From positions 67,335,065-67,399,064 of the forward strand of contig NC_057719.1 of assembly GCF_004010195.1 (NCBI RefSeq): a stretch of DNA of 64,000 nt, read 5' to 3'. A program made the translations under genes and the position numbers. This DNA comes from Chiloscyllium plagiosum (taxonomy: Eukaryota). The notes beneath the pieces are model-generated. The model was not told the origin of the DNA. It searched no databases and was given only the letters and a program-made list of their open reading frames with translations. This document shows, piece by piece, positions 1 through 12,554 of the stretch (the first letter of the stretch is position 1; each line of letters opens with the position of its first letter).

Positions 1-22
1 ATGATGAGGGTGTTGGTGGAAG

Positions 23-291
23 CAAGATGGCGCCGAAGACTGGCAACTTTCGTTCCAGCGGTGGCAAAGGGATCTATGCCTGCCCACCAGGCTCATGGCC
101 CATGACAGAGCACTTAGTAAGAAAGATTGTAAAGTTGAACACTTTTTCTTTATCTTTTTATTATTTTGATTTTATATTCTATGTTTTGGTTTATTTTTCT
201 GTGTTTTAAGAAGGCACTGAAGAGTGGTGACACTGTAGAACACGTTTTGCTAAATTTTGTAACAAAGTACATGTGTGACAATAAATAGGTC
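23..291 (+). mobile_element. Short copy of a non-coding retroposon family with AAGATGGCG motif and GTGACAATAAA tail
   Basis: caagatggcgccg at 24-36, T-rich tract, then cactgtagaacac...gtgtgacaataaata tail; same architecture as copies at 9586-10295 and 62478-63221. Confidence 0.55.
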
Positions 292-380
292 CTGAAGAAG
301 GGCATGTGCCCGAAACGTCGAATCTTCTGTTCCCTAGATGCTGCCTGACCTGCTGTGCTGTTCCAGCAATAAAGTTTCAG
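292..380 (+). mobile_element. Short Penelope-derived insertion with minimal hammerhead motif and 13-bp TSD
   Basis: ctgaaga-a-gggc-atgt-gccc-gaaacgtc at 292-319; direct repeat caataaataggtc at 279-291 and 381-393; body resembles the 3' end of the PLE at 43306-43400. Confidence 0.8.
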
Positions 381-459
381 CAATAAATAGGTCAAATCAA
401 TCAACATCACAGAAAGAGAGATTACTGACCATTAATGGAGTGTCATAAAATCAACATAA

Positions 460-1200
460 TGAAGTATGAAAATCTGAAATAATACTAGAAAATGTTGGAT
501 ATATTCAGTTGGTCAAACAGCATCTCTGAAGTGAGAAACAAAGTTAAAATTTAAAGGTGCGAGCTTTCATCAGAACTGAAAATGTTAGGAATGAGATGGG
601 GCATTGATGGGGTGATGTGACAAGGACTAAATGGAAGGTCAGTGAAAAGGTCGCGGGGCAGGAGAAATTAAATGCTTAAATGTTTCATGGTTCAAAAGCT
701 AATTCAAAAATAAAAAAAGCAAACAGTAAAGCTCTGAGATAAAGTGTAACTGGCTGGATTGCAGAAGTCCAAGTGGAAGTTGAGAGAATTAAGAAAGAAA
801 CAAAACAGAAAACACAAGATTAGGGCAAAGGTTATGATGGAAAATTGTTGACTTGAGTGTTGAGTACAGAAAGCTGTGGAGACAACGTATTGTTCCTTGA
901 ACTTGTGTTGAGCTTTATTGGAGCAGGCCATGAACAGAAAGGGCAAAGTGGGAGCTTGGGTAAGAATTGAAATGACGAGTGGCAGGAAGTTTCGAGTCAG
1001 GTTTGTAAACTAAATTGAGGTGGTACCCAGGGTATGTTGGCCTCTCCAGTGTAGAAGAGACCACATCATAAGCATCAAATACGATATACTAAAACTGAAA
1101 GAACAAAAGTACATCGTAGCTTTACTTGGAGGACTGTTTGGCCCTTGGATAGTGAGGAGGGAAGAGTTAAAAATACAGGTGTTACCTTTCCTGTGCTTGC
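460..1200 (-). mobile_element. Old Penelope-like element 3' part (GIY-YIG remnant plus pLTR)
   Basis: Reverse strand near 1038-1066 reads CGLFYTGEAN (cf. CxLLYIGET of the GIY-YIG domain); decayed ttctgatgaaagctc core near 561-575. Confidence 0.6.
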
Positions 1201-1659
1201 AACAAAAGATATTAGGCTTTTTCTGAGGTTAGCATTTGTGAAGAAAGAATGAGGTCATCAAATTGTGAGAGCTCTGAGCTCTAACAATGTAACATAGAAG
1301 AGATGCAGAAGATTATTAAGATCACTTCACTTTTTTTTGATTTATATCCACAGAGGCCACTAATACATTTTGGATTTCTCTACTAATTTGGTGCCAAACA
1401 TATGTGCATACACTTGCCGTTGATTTAAAATCCTTTTCCTTATCCTGGAAAAAAATGACCAAATCTTTGTTATACTGTTTTTAAGAGTACCCAATTTCAC
1501 AAGTTTTACAACCTGCAACTGAATTACTCTTGAAATGTATATAGATTTGTTTTGGGACATAACATATTCTCTAATTTTCATTTATTTGCAGCTAAGGCAC
1601 TTGTCCAGCTACTAAGTTTTCAACATTTTGAAAACTGAGCCTCACCAAAAGAAATAAAT

Positions 1660-1750
1660 ATCTTGTTTAGGTGGTTGTTTTTGTTCAGCACAGACTTGAT
1701 GGGCCCAAGGCTTTTTTCTGTGTTGAAGACCTCAATGTCTCTATGACTCA
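1660..1750 (+). mobile_element. CR1-type 3' tail fragment
   Basis: cacagacttgatgggccc...ttctgtgttg...tctctatgactc resembles other CR1 tails in the window. Confidence 0.55.
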
Positions 1751-1949
1751 GTTCATAACTTAACAGCACAAATTCCTTGAATATCACTTATTCCTTGAAA
1801 CCATCATCAAATCTAAGAATGATTAAACCAAACCACACTCCAAGTGTGATATCATTAACTGCTCACAATTAGAAGGTAATACTTCTTGGAGTTATTTTTA
1901 ACATCTTTTGCATTTGGCTTTCTTTAGCAATTGCTCTTAGATGCCATAT

Positions 1950-2560
1950 AAAACTTGTTTTGCTATCAGGTTATTCAATATACATGTAATTGTGTAATCT
2001 TTCTTTCATTATGTTGTTGTATTTAATCCTATTAAATCGTATAGATTTATTAGATCCTGGAATTTGTCAAATTCTGAGTTTTGTAATATCTAACACCTAA
2101 AAAACTTAGCTTTCCCTACCTTAGCAAAGTCATTAAGAAATATTAGAAACAGCGGGGAGCTGAACACTGAGCCCTGGGAGACTTCACTGGTCACAGTTAT
2201 CCAATTAAAACAATGACTATTGATAGCAAATTTCTGTTTCTTATTATACAATCAATTAAGAATCCAATTTACAACTTTATCATGGATCTCATTATGTCTC
2301 ACTGTAGTTATAAACCTCCTGTGAAGGGTCTTTTCAATGCAACATAATAAACTTCATTTGCAAGTGTTGAGATGTCTTCACAAACTTATACTAGATTTGT
2401 TTGGAAAGCCAAAATCATTTGCTTTGATTTTGTTGGTTTTATACCCACTGGTTGTTCTTAAGTTACTGCAGATTTAATGACTTGCCTTATAAATTTCTTG
2501 TTGTGTAGTCCTGTCAATATATCTAACACTAAGCATATTCAACCCTAATGAATATTTCCC
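1950..2560 (-). mobile_element. Highly decayed CR1 RT fragment
   Basis: Reverse strand near 2155-2195 reads VTSEVSQGSVFSS (cf. VTSGVPQGSVLGP). Confidence 0.55.
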
Positions 2561-2664
2561 CAAGAGGATATCTTTATAGCACTGTAATGTTGGAAGATCT
2601 GTGATAAAGTGAGAAAACAAGAAAGAGATATAGAGAATAGAACACTAACTTGTCTTTTGAATCT

Positions 2665-2820
2665 AAAAACAAATGTAGAACTATGGATGCTGAAGGACCG
2701 AAACAAAAACATAAATTGTTGGAGAAACTCAACAGGTCTGGCAGCATCTATGGAGAGAAAGCAAAATTAACACTTTTCAGTCCAATGACCCTCTTAGCAG
2801 CAATTTCTGTTCTGTGTTTT
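2665..2820 (-). mobile_element. PLE-derived short repeat (pLTR fragment)
   Basis: ggagaaactcaacaggtctggcagcatctatggagagaaa matches the arms at 16440, 43025 and 59020. Confidence 0.7.
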
Positions 2821-3329
2821 GACTCTATCAGCCATTCTTCCAGAGCCAAATATCCTCTAATAACTGACAAACAATGGAATAGGTGAACTTGGTCCACCTA
2901 AAAAATACAAATTTTACTAGTATTCCATCAGCAAATGCTTATTTACACTTTTGTGACTGTCATATACTTACTGCGCTATAGTGTCTGAACATTTTAGATC
3001 AGATCTGTTCCCTGGTATTACTAACCTGCCTTGTAGATAAACTAATAAATCAAAGGACAATGCCATCCATATCTAATCAGTGCAATATCTTCAATGAGAG
3101 TCAGCGTGTTTCACACATTTGTTAAGTACAATATGCCCTGGTGTTTAGATAGTTCTTGCATATGAAGCAAAGTTGAAACCCTATCTCTTAATTTCTATCT
3201 TCACTTTTCATTTAAACTTCTTTGAACAATTTTCAACTATCCAACTTCCAATTGAATTACTTCAGTCTGGTTTCCATCCTGTTCATTGTATTAAACTGAG
3301 CTGATTCAATTCAGCAAAACCACGAAATG

Positions 3330-3760
3330 AGAGGAAACCACATAGCTCTGTAAGACTGTCCATAGCTCAAATAGATCATACCTTCACTTCTACATCAATT
3401 CCTATTTTCTTGCGATACCCAGCATATCCCTCTTGGTGGCTGCAAAGCTATTGATAGCAATATTTAACATACTAATGGACTGATCCTGCATGGGGTAGCA
3501 AATTCCAAATATTCACAACCTTCTGAATGATGACATTTCCCCTCATCTCAGCTGAAATGTGCAGATCACTTAATCTGAGACCATGCTAGTTCTGGACTTA
3601 TCAGCCAGAGGGAAACAGGTTGTCAATATCTGCCTGTCCAAATATTAAATTTCAATGAGAACACCTTTTATTCTTCTAAACACCAGTGCATGTTCGCCCA
3701 TTCTGCTCGATCCCACCTCTTAGAATAGTCCCCTAGTCACCAGAATTAATCATCAATGCT
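3330..3760 (-). mobile_element. Old CR1 3' end
   Basis: aaattccaaatattcacaaccttctgaatgatgacatttcccctcatctc is the reverse complement of a CR1 C-terminal FFSQRVVNLW-like segment. Confidence 0.6.
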
Positions 3761-5599
3761 ATCTGATGCTAATGTAAAGGGTCACCCTGTTTTACATCTC
3801 CATTCTTTCAATATGTTTACCACTCCATCCTTTCTCCTCTGTGGTCCGTTTCTGTCGTATAATGGTTTTGTCATACCACAATCAGCATAAAATCCATTAT
3901 ATAGGCTGTCGCTGCATACAGACTGTTATATTTGCTGAGTCTCAAGGTTCCATACCTGAAATCCTCTAAATCTTCCTTTACTCTCTTCCTCTCAGAAAAA
4001 AGTCTTTATAATTATTAGTGTAACTTCTAATTCTTTTGTTCAACACAATGCATTTTATGTTATTTCCCACCCAACTTTGTTTTGTGACTGTTGGTTGCGC
4101 TGCCTGATTGTCTATTCAACATGAAGTTTAGATAAGCCATAATTTTCCCACTTAGGTTTTGGTTGAAATTATCCTTTCGTCCTCAATCGAAACTTCTTAC
4201 ACTTGGTCCCCACTCTGCTCTCTTGATCAGGATCAGCAACTGCAGAATTTGTTACTCTTCTCAATTCTGAGCTATACATCAAATCCTAGCTTAAATGTCC
4301 CCAAAATGACTAATTTATTTCTCTCAAACATTACCTTTCTCACACCCTAACTCACACAAACACCTTCAACCTTGATCTTGCCATTGTTCTTTTGACCATC
4401 TTATCGACACCATTACTGGCTGCTGCATCACATACCATTAATTGAGTGATAGCTTTTTCTTTTAGAAATAACCCATCTTCTGGCAGCTTGAAGGCTGTGT
4501 AAGTGTAAAATATAACAACCTGACATGAGGGAAGCAATCCATTGCTGCAAATCAAGGAGCCCTTTCATTTTAAGCATCGTAATTCAGGGGAAAAATGATA
4601 TATTGGCTGTCCAAGACAAATAGGGCAGTAGTAACTGAATGATGAAGGCATGCACTGCAGAAAACTGGGTGATGTATCTTGCAACTGTCTGCAAGGAGCC
4701 TGAGGCAAAAAAATGTGAAGGGTGGTGGTGACTTTGACAGCTACTGTCAGTGAATGTTTACCTGGGACAGAAAGAAGCAAGTTCTGGTGCAGGAGGCTGT
4801 GTAGAACAGTGAAAATCTGTTTGGTGAAATGCAGTCTCCCTTGTTAAATGCAAGAAAGTAGCTCTTGGCCTGGAGACCCTAGGGTTTGGGTAAAATCTTC
4901 TATTGGTAGCCCTCTCATCTACTGTCTTTTAAATACCCCTTTTGCTGCCCAAATATAAAAATTGTCTTTCATTATTCCACAATGTGGGTGGGTGAGTTAA
5001 AATCAGTTCAACTATTCTTTGATGGAAGATATAAATGCGTGAAATCAAGACAAAGCATATTTCTCTTGACTGAAACAATAACTAACCAACCAGTCAGTTT
5101 AATCATTTATGCTGCTTCATTAAACTTTGGGAGACCAAGGCTTTTGAATGTAGGATTCATCATATATTCAAAACGTAAGAATTCAACAACTGTATTTCAG
5201 TGTTAGTGATTGAACTCTCAGATGTCATGTAGTCTTTTTGGGTTTTTCTACTTATATTCCTCCAGGATGAAGGATCTAAACCAAATTGATGAGTGCAGTT
5301 ATGTTGACATTTTGCACTCCTGGAAAGTGGATCTAGGTGTGGCATAGGTATAGGCAGGGGCAGGTCTTGTAAGCAGTGATGGTGGTATTGGGCTGCATGT
5401 TGGTGAAGTAGGAATGGTGTTGAAGGTTTGGTTCAGTTACACGGAAAACGACTTCTCTCTTTCTCAACATTCTCTGGAGCTCGGAGTCCACAACATCCAT
5501 TTCTTTCCCCCTCAATAGGTTCTGCATCTACAAGTCAGATTGATTGGTTGGATCCCTGTAAAGAACAAAACAAAAATAGCATCCACAAATGGCCTTTAT

Positions 5600-5920
5600 A
5601 GAGATCTATAATTAAATAATATGTACTAAGATGACAGAGTAAAATTAAAAGCCATTTAAGGCTCTAGTAGGACAAATGACCAAAAAGCTGGCATTCAGGG
5701 GCATCTTAAAGGATATAAGAGAAGTAGAGATTAGAATGGTATAGTGAGAGAACTCCAGAGCATAGGAGCTAGACAGCTGAAGGTTTGTTCATAAATGGTG
5801 GAACAATTAAAATCCAGGATCATCAAGAAGGCCAGAATTGATGGAGGTAGGTAAAACTCTGGAGAGACTGCAAAAAGAATGTCATCTTAGTTGAAGTGTG
5901 AAATGCAAGGGATTTAATTT
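5600..5920 (-). mobile_element. L2-like LINE 3' fragment
   Basis: gagagaactccagagcataggagctagacagctgaagg reverse-complements to an AFSCLAPMLWSSL-type C-terminus. Confidence 0.55.
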
Positions 5921-6193
5921 CCAACTGTGGGATATGTTGTGATTTCCCATTCTGCAAATGGGTATGGAGGGGAGTGCAGGTGGGAGATCCCAGCTGAGGG
6001 GGAATTTGGAAATAGGGCAAATAGTAAGGCAGTGAGGAAACAATCCCATTGCTTTTGGTCAACAAGCAGTGCTGTAGGAAAGTAACCATTTTCCTCAGGC
6101 TGGCTTTTGCTACCTTGAACTGTTGAATTTCCAGAAGTTTATAACATTGGGAAGACCAGGGCTAAACTTGTAAAGTGGTTTATCAGCCTCATT

Positions 6194-6396
6194 ATCATAG
6201 AATCATAGAATCCCTACAGTGTGGAAACAGGCCGTTCAGCCAAACAAGTCCACACCGACTCGCCGAAGAGTAACTCACCCAGACCCATTCCCTTATGCTA
6301 TTAACCTTTATGTATCCCTCACTAATGTACCTAACCTACACATCCCTGAACACTATGGGCAATTTAACATGGCCAATTCACCTAACCTGCACATCA
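6194..6396 (-). mobile_element. HE1-type shark SINE, 5'-truncated
   Basis: (catagaat)2 tail, ccctacagtgtggaaacaggcc...gtccacaccga, and ggccaattcacctaacctgcacatc body. Confidence 0.8.
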
Positions 6397-7867
6397 CTTA
6401 TAACATCACTTGTCCCAGCCTTACTGTTTTTGAGATTAAACTTACTCTCTAAGTCTGGGTTTAGTTCAGGTCTCAACAACACTGGAGTAGAACAATGTTA
6501 TGGGATACTGCTTCAGTGAAACTCTAGTACAGCATCAAATCCAGTTCAAACATTGGCGTGAAGTTCCCGAGGACTTGTGAGGAATTTAAGAAGTTTTTTG
6601 TCAATATTCTGTGTTAGAGAACACTCCAGTCTGCATCCTCAAAATATTTATGATTTGTGTCCAGATCCATGTGCAGGCGTCTGACTTGATGGAATTTACA
6701 GGTGGGTGGAATAAATAAGTCACACCCTGATAGCAATTGGTGCATTGGATATCAATTTCAGATTGATAGCTGCAGTGTAAGCACAAAACTACTTTCAGAT
6801 ATGCATATATCAAGAATCAAATTTGACAATGAAAATCATCAACTGCAGGGAATGTGACTGGACATAATAAGTTATCCCGAAGGTTGAGGAAATGAAGTTG
6901 AGTTTTCATATGTCAAAGTCTATAGCCATGGGCACACACCCTTGACAAGAACCTGTTGTGGAAAAATTAGTTTGCAATTACTATAAGCCCTAAATTAGAA
7001 ATAATAACCACCAAACTACAATATTGTGCTATTTATGTTTGTGTGACTTCTCATAGCAGATTGTAAGGTTTTGCAGTTTGAAAATTTTTTGCAGTGATTG
7101 TAATGTCCTTTAAAACTGCCATCAACTAGCAAACAGAGAAAATAAATGGTCAACTGGTAATTTGATCTTTCGCAATTGACTTAAGCAAAACTTATTTATT
7201 TTGTTCATTTGAAGATCTTTAAATGACTGATAAAGCAAAGATATTATATTGAGAAAAACTGTGTTGACAAGAAGTTAAAACAAGGTTATTAATAAGTGGG
7301 AAAATTAAGCTGAGCTTATTTTTCATCTTAAGTCACACAAAACCAAATGTTACCAATGATAGATTGCTCCCAAAACTATTTGAAAAGGATAATTTTTAAC
7401 ATTAATTTTCTTAAAAAAACACTCCAACAGGGGTGCTTTCAGATTTTAAAAAAATATCTCTGGAAATAATTCAAATTTGAAGTTGTTTCTTGGCACCAAC
7501 ACTGCAGTAATTAACTTTTGTAGCCAGACTGTTTTTGTGTTTATATCTATTTTTCTTGTTGAAGCTACATGCTTTTTATGGGGGCCTCTGCTGTCTGAAC
7601 ACCATATGAATAAACAGAAATGTAGGTTGGGTATGTCTATGGAGCTGAAGCACTTATTTTCAACTTATGTGTAAACATAGCCTAGTCTTCCTAAAAATAT
7701 ATATAAAATACATGTACTTCTGTCATTTTATTTTAGAGGCCATACTTAAATTTACTTTATTAGTATTACTTTATGCCCAGCAAGCTATAATCAGATGAGT
7801 TCAAAAATCATTTGATGATGGGGATCACAACTCATAAGCACCCCTCTAAGTAATAACACTACATTAC

Positions 7868-8241
7868 AGAGTCATAGAGATGTACAGCATGGAAACAGAC
7901 CCTTCGGTCCAACTCTTCCATTTCGACCAGTTTCCCTAACCTAATCTAGCCCCATTTGCCAGCACTTGGCTCATATCCCTCTAAACCCTTCCTTTACACA
8001 TACCCATCCAAATGCCTTTTAAATGTTGTAATTGTACCAGCCTCCACCACTTCCTCTGGCAGCTCGTTCCATACATGTACCACCCTCTGCGTGAAAAAGT
8101 TGCTCCTTAGGTCCCTTTTAATTTTTTCCCCTCTCACCCTAACCCTATGCCCTCTAGTTCTGGACTGCCCCACCCCAGGGAAAAGACCTTGCATATTTAT
8201 ACTATCCATGCCCCTCATAATTTTATAAACCTCTCTAAGGT
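7868..8241 (-). mobile_element. Young CR1 (HER1-like) LINE 3' end
   Basis: ORF 7994-8218 gives SRTRGHRVRVRG..FFTQRVVHVWNELPEEVVEAGTITTFKRHLDGY; ctctatgactct tail. Confidence 0.92.
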
Positions 8242-8740
8242 AAATACTAGACTATCCATTTTTAATTCCATCAATGATGATAATTTCACTCACTAAAGAA
8301 GCAGTAATGTAACAACTCTGTAAGCTGTAACTTATGTCAATTTCACCAGTCTCTCACCAATTATTACAATTTTACTTAAATATATTTTGAATTGTATGTT
8401 TAGAACTTTTTGTAAGAAGGATTTCTGAAATATTTAATTTAAGAACCATTAGGATTAAATTTAAAGTAATTCTGTAGTTGATTTTATGCTTATGAAAGTA
8501 GCTGTGAGAAGCCATTCACAAAAATTGGTTGCAGCATTAGTATTGCATGGCAGTCAAATTTGCAACAGATTGTCGGACTGAGATGAAACCCTATAAGCCC
8601 CTTTGAGTACTAGCATCTGCAACCATGACTGCATTAAGCTGTGACTGCCTGGCACAAACTGATGTCTCATGATCTCAGTTTGAGCTTCCAAGGGTGTTTT
8701 CTGCTTGTCTTTCATCATTCAATAGAAGCTGAGAAATCAA

Positions 8741-9145
8741 ATAGGCTGGGGCTGTTTTCCCTGGAGTCTGAGGGGTGACCTTATAGATGTTTACAAAATT
8801 ATGAGGGGCATAGATAGGGTAAATATGCCAAGTCTTTTCCCTGGGGTCGGGGAGTCCAGAACTAGAGGGCATAGGTTTAGGGTGAGAGGGGAAAGATATA
8901 AAATAAACCTAAGGGGAAACTTTTTCACACTGAGGGTGGTATGTGTATGGAATGAGCTGCCAGAGGAAGTGGTGGAAGCTAGTACATTTGCAACATTTAA
9001 GAGGCATTTGGATGGGTATATGAATAGGAAGGGGATATGGGCCGGGATCTGGCAAGTGGGGCTAGATTGGGTTGAGATGTCAGGTTGGCATGGACGGGTT
9101 GGACCGAGGGGTCTGTTTCTATGCTGTACATCTCTATGACTCTAT
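8741..9145 (+). mobile_element. Young CR1 (HER1-like) LINE 3' end
   Basis: ORF 8801-9139 has the same C-terminus; ctctatgactctat tail. Confidence 0.92.
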
Positions 9146-9254
9146 AAATGCTGCAGCATGGTCAGGTTTGCAAGTGACTTCCCTTCTGTACTGGAAAGAG
9201 TGGGCTCCAAGTTCTCTGTGAAGTCCAGTGAGAAGTTGGAGGAGGACTGGAGAT

Positions 9255-10830
9255 GTTGGTTATTGCAGAAAATAAAAGTTCATTGTATGGGGGTAGCATA
9301 CGATCATGGATGTAAGGTTCACTTGGCTAGCAGAAAACAGATTAGACATACATGGGTCTTTAATTGGCAGGATGTGAGCAGCAGAGTTGTCTGGGCTGAG
9401 ACCTCAACATTTTACAATTTATGTCAGTGAGTTATTTGAGAGGAATGAGTGCATGATAGCTGGATTGACAGGGACCAAGATAGGTAGAAAAATACCTTAT
9501 GGAGAAGTCATAACCAAGTTGAAGACCAATATAAGCTGGTTGAGTAAATGAATGGGCAAAGAAAAACTGGCAGTTAGAGGATAATTGAATTGAATGATTT
9601 ATTATCACTTGTATTTAACAAATGAATACAGTGAATGTCTCCACATTCTGCCATTTTGACTTACAGAATGTACAGTGAAGATATAAGTAAAAACTGAGTT
9701 CTTCCTCCCTTCTTTTGCTCTGCTTCACGTTGGGTTGGGGTTCTCCACAAGAGGCTCCGTGCCCCCCGCATCACTGTCCACTCCAAGAGTCCCACTCTGA
9801 GGCCACCACTGCCATGCTAATGCTAACACCACGCCATCACCGATACAGCCACCGCCTCTCTCGATCCTCTAGGTGTACCGACTCAGGCCTACTGCATTGC
9901 TGCAGCTGACCAATGCTGACTGCAGAGGCCTCACTGCTGTTGCTGCCGACTTGAAAATTTGGTGGTGCCAACATTGCCTCAAGCCCTGTGCTGGACCCAC
10001 TACGTCGAAGCCATGCTCGGGCACCATCTCTCATCGCTGGGCCCAGAGCTCACTGTCATCGCGATCTCTCAGAGGGCCCTCTCTCCTCCACACCACTGCC
10101 TCACATGCTCGGGAAGCCAGACCCACTCTTGTTCTGCCAAAGATGCTGAAAAGGCCTCCAAAGAGAAATAAAAAAAAGAAAAAGGCACAAGCAAAGAAGC
10201 GAAAGTAAAAAGAAAAAAGGAGAGAAACAAAGAAAGTAGGCAAAAGTGGACGAGCCCCGGGCCAAGAGCTCAGATACCGTGCTGCTACTCCACCCTGTGG
10301 GAGAATGAACCGTTGTTCGCTTTGAAAGGAAATTATTACTTAAACAGAGGACAACTGCAGAATTCTGAGCTGCAGAGGAACTTAGATGTTTAGCTGCACA
10401 AATCACAGAAGTTCTTTTGTAGATACAACACAACACATAATTAAGGCGGCTAATGGAATACTATTTTTTATTATTGAAGGAATTGAACATAAGGATAATA
10501 CTGCCATGCTTCAGTTATTTAGGGAATAGTGTGCAGTTTTGGTTTCCTTAATTAAAGATGGATGTAAATGCATTGGAGGCTGTTTGGAGGAGGTTTACGG
10601 AGTTGATACCAGAAATTAGCAGGATGTTTTATGGGTAAAATTGGACAGGCTGCTTCAGAGATGAGGAGTACTTTCTTTTCTCTGAGTGGGTTGTATGACT
10701 TTGGAACTCTCTGACCTAGAGTTGAAACAGGTGCGATTGAATATGTTTAGGACAGAGAAAGATGGATTCTTGGGTTATTGGATTCAGGGGTTATAGGCCT
10801 AGATAGGCATGTAAGACATGTAAACAACCT
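9255..10830 (+). mobile_element. Old CR1 RT/3' fragment interrupted at about 9586-10295
   Basis: tggcagttagaggataat (about 9568-9585) resumes as gtgggagaatg (about 10297); downstream aaggcggctaatggaatact and ggaggaggtttacggagttgatacc are CR1-like. Confidence 0.65.
9586..10295 (-). mobile_element. Non-coding GC-rich retroposon (AAGATGGCG / GTGACAATAAA family)
   Basis: Minus strand reads ggtggagta..gagctc head, pyrimidine tract, GC-rich body, aaaatggc..ttcactgta..gtgataataaa and (attca)n-like tail; inserted within a CR1. Confidence 0.65.
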
Positions 10831-11269
10831 TTTCCTGTTTGGCATCCCATCAATGTCCTCAGTAAGACTCCTGCAGCAGAGCAGGCATGTGATTTCACTC
10901 TTGGCTGAACTGTCTGATCAGTAAGCATCAATAATACTGTTAATTATAAAGCCAATATTCTTTGAATATTTTCAATTTTTAAAGAGCTAATTGTAATATA
11001 TTTTTTCAGATTTTCTTTAACAGAACATATGTTCTGACCTTGTAGCCAGTGTTGCTTTGGCTCATGATCCCTATCCCTGCAGCCTGTGCTTTTCTTTTTG
11101 TCTATCACATTCTTTCCCAGAAACAATGTGTCTTTCAATCACTCTTTCTAATCAGATATGTCCTACTTTCTCTCCAGTCTCAATACTTCCCATTTTTTTC
11201 TTTTCTGTCAGAAATCTCCAGGTCTACAATTGTTTTAAATGCTTCTACTGCTCCTGTTTTGAACTGGAG

Positions 11270-11752
11270 AAACTCCTCAAACACTATGTAGGACAAACAG
11301 GAAGAAAGTTAGCCACCAGGATACATGAACACCAGCTCGCCACAAAAAGACACGACCCTCTCTCCCTCGTTGCCCTACACACGGAGGGAACAAAAACACC
11401 ATTTCGACTGGGACAACACATCTATCCTGGGACAGGCTAAGCAAAGACATGCCAGAGAATTCCTAGAGGCCTGGCACTCCAACCACAACACCCTAAACAA
11501 ACACATAGATGGTATCTAGATCTATCAACCCCTCAGAAAACGAACAGGAAATGACATCACCACAAACCCCAGGAACCCCATCCAGGAGAAAGATACAAAT
11601 AGAAAGCAGGAGACAACAGCTTCGCTTCACTTGGAGGTCGCCACTGATGATGTTACCAAGCCAGGTAATGAAACGTCTGGATATCAAACCTACAACTCAG
11701 CCAGCCAACTTACACCCTAAACCTCAACCTGAGCTACAAACCTTCACAAAAG
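11270..11752 (+). mobile_element. Penelope-like element 3' end: GIY-YIG C-terminal half plus pLTR
   Basis: KHYVGQTGRKLATRIHEHQLATKRHDPLSLVALHT then HHFDWDNTSILGQAKQRHAREFLEAWHS after a frameshift. Confidence 0.9.
11641..11680 (+). ncRNA. Minimal type I hammerhead ribozyme motif in PLE pLTR
   Basis: cca-CTGATGA-t-gttacc-aagcca-ggtaat-GAAACGTC-tgg; stem I cca/tgg, stem II gttacc/ggtaat, palindromic ACGT in place of stem III. Confidence 0.72.
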
Positions 11753-12312
11753 AGCAAATTACATCCTTGGGGTCACCTCAAAGGTTCATGAAACTCCTTC
11801 TACCTGCTGTAGGTGATTCGGATCTCCTTACATCTGGTATTATCTTGAAATACCAACACAGAGCAAGTATTGGAAAAGTCTGAAAACTATTGAGATGGGC
11901 TGTCACCTTCCCTTTAGCAATGTCTGTGCCTCCCTCTCCACCATCAGTCTGTACAAGGTCCAGTTTGAGATTGAGGCACTAACATACTCATTGCAAATTA
12001 CTCTGGATGGGGAGGTATAGCTCTTGGAATTAAAGCAGGATCTCAGTAAGAATAATTGTTTTGGTGAAATGATCCTCAATTTAGACATAAAGTATGCCTG
12101 CAATGATGCTGATTCAGATAGTGTTGAGAACATCAGTGTTTCCCAGCAATGGTGTTGTGAATACTTGAATTATTCACTTTGCAATAATCAGTTTACAGTA
12201 TCATGCTACAATGTTGAATGGACTGTTGAAAATATAGTGGTAGCATTTCTAAAACAGCATTTTCTGGCATACAGTTTCGCTTTCTCAGATTTTTGTTTTA
12301 ACAAATATTTCA

Positions 12313-12437
12313 TCTCAGCCCCCTTCCACTCGCCCCCCCCACCCCAGATTCTTGATTATGCCTGAAATGTCGATTCTCCTGCTCCTCTGATACTGCCTGA
12401 CCTGCTGTGCTTTTCCAGTGCCATACTTTGTGATTCT
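12313..12437 (+). mobile_element. PLE pLTR fragment with damaged hammerhead
   Basis: tctcagcccc...gcctgaaatgtcgattctcctgctcctctgatactgcctgacctgctgtgcttttccag matches 43283-43400. Confidence 0.75.
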
Positions 12438-12554
12438 ACCAATTGCCATTCCTGGTAAAACTCACCTCTGTACCTATATCGGAGAATACACTGGCATCCT
12501 GGTCAGAGGCACCATATTTAAAAGCCTGGACACCTGGACATTCCCTACATGGTA

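Noticed and set aside
5333..5580. Strong minus-strand acceptor (ttttgttttgttctttacag) followed by a 64-aa ORF
   Set aside because: All three frames stop shortly after the acceptor; no recognisable protein or donor
9715..10436. Cluster of GC-rich overlapping ORFs with a lysine-rich end
   Set aside because: Lies within a non-coding repeat; poly-K comes from an A-rich tract
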